From UHGV virus genome UHGV-1832398: DNA of 15,603 nucleotides, one strand, 5' to 3'. Position 1 is the stretch's first letter. Each line of letters starts with the position of its first letter. A model generated the notes under the pieces. That model worked only from the letters and a program-made list of their open reading frames with translations. It was not told where the DNA came from and searched no databases. Of the stretch, positions 15,158-15,603 are shown piece after piece. Source of the stretch: a virus. The position numbers and the translations under genes are program-made.

Positions 15158-15373
15158 ATGAAATCAATGGATAAGTTAACAACAGGTATCGCCTATGGCA
15201 CATCGGCTGGTAATGCTGGTTTCTGGGCATTGCAGTTACTCGATAAAGTAACTCCGTCACAGTGGGCTGCAATCGGTGTGCTGGGTAGTCTGGTTTTTGG
15301 CCTGCTGACGTATCTGACAAACCTTTATTTCAAGATTAAAGAAGACAGGCGTAAGGTTGCGAGAAGAGAGTAA
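15158..15373 (+). CDS. S21-family class II holin (pinholin) with dual-start motif MKSM
   Basis: 71 aa, N-terminus [18 protein letters not shown]... closely matches the phage 21 S / EssD-EssQ pinholin family from memory; two transmembrane segments; SD GGTGAGGA. Confidence 0.85.
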   Translation: MKSMDKLTTGIAYGTSAGNAGFWALQLLDKVTPSQWAAIGVLGSLVFGLLTYLTNLYFKIKEDRRKVARRE

Positions 15374-15377
15374 TCCA

Positions 15378-15603
15378 ATGACACAAGACTATGAACTGGT
15401 TGTGAAAGGAGTCCGCAATTTTGAGAATAAAGTGGCGGTAACTGTAGCCTTACGGGACAAAAAACGCTTTGACGGTGAAATTTTTGACCTGGACATCTCG
15501 CTGGACCGTGTTGAAGGTGCCGCGCTTGAGTTTTATGAGGCAGCAGCGAGAAGGAGCATCAGACAGGTCTTCCTGGATGTTGCTGCCGGGTTATGTGAAG
15601 GGG
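15378..15603 (+). CDS. Partial ORF (runs off the window end); YdfR-like (DUF1327-type) by synteny with Qin-type lysis regions
   Basis: ATG 4 nt after the holin stop; translation MTQDYELVVKGVRNFENKVAVTVALRD...; identity inferred from position and recollection only. Confidence 0.45.
   Translation, partial: MTQDYELVVKGVRNFENKVAVTVALRDKKRFDGEIFDLDISLDRVEGAALEFYEAAARRSIRQVFLDVAAGLCEG

Noticed and set aside
620-15320. Remaining short ORFs from the six-frame track that lie inside or antisense to the called genes (e.g. 620..820, 1027..1272, 2278..2517, 3753..3938, 4444..5009, 7365..7556, 7758..8271, 9032..9256, 9228..9485, 9497..9913, 9800..10253, 10257..10541, 10632..10886, 11214..11444, 11588..11845, 11976..12572, 12963..13151, 15045..15320)
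   Set aside because: Each is embedded in a longer ORF that has a recognisable product and/or RBS; none has its own RBS or recognisable motifs.

Overview
This window reads as the left junction and early/regulatory half of a lambdoid prophage (Qin/Stx-phage-like architecture) inserted into the 5' end of host prfC. All calls rest on reading the six-frame translations and on recalled family motifs; no searches were run. Left to right: host prfC promoter plus its first 22 codons, a tyrosine integrase, an AT-rich orphan cargo gene with its own terminator, then a leftward early operon (91-aa ORF, a GC-rich ORF-free structured segment, YfdP/YfdQ/YfdR-like genes, AlpA/Xis-like gene). This is followed by the immunity region (CI with S24 autopeptidase, Cro, CII-like), a replication initiator carrying internal iterons, a PerC-like regulator, a LexA DNA-binding-domain-only protein, RusA, a KilA-N protein, a DUF968/HNH-like protein, antiterminator Q with a candidate PR'/tR', divergent cspF/cspB-like morons, a small zinc-ribbon ORF, an S21-type pinholin and a partial downstream ORF. 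The strongest candidate for an undescribed system is the 404-aa integrase-proximal cargo protein (1814..3028) with an Mrr-like D...QxK nuclease signature. Secondary candidates are the structured segment at 5585..5920 and the LexA-domain decoy.
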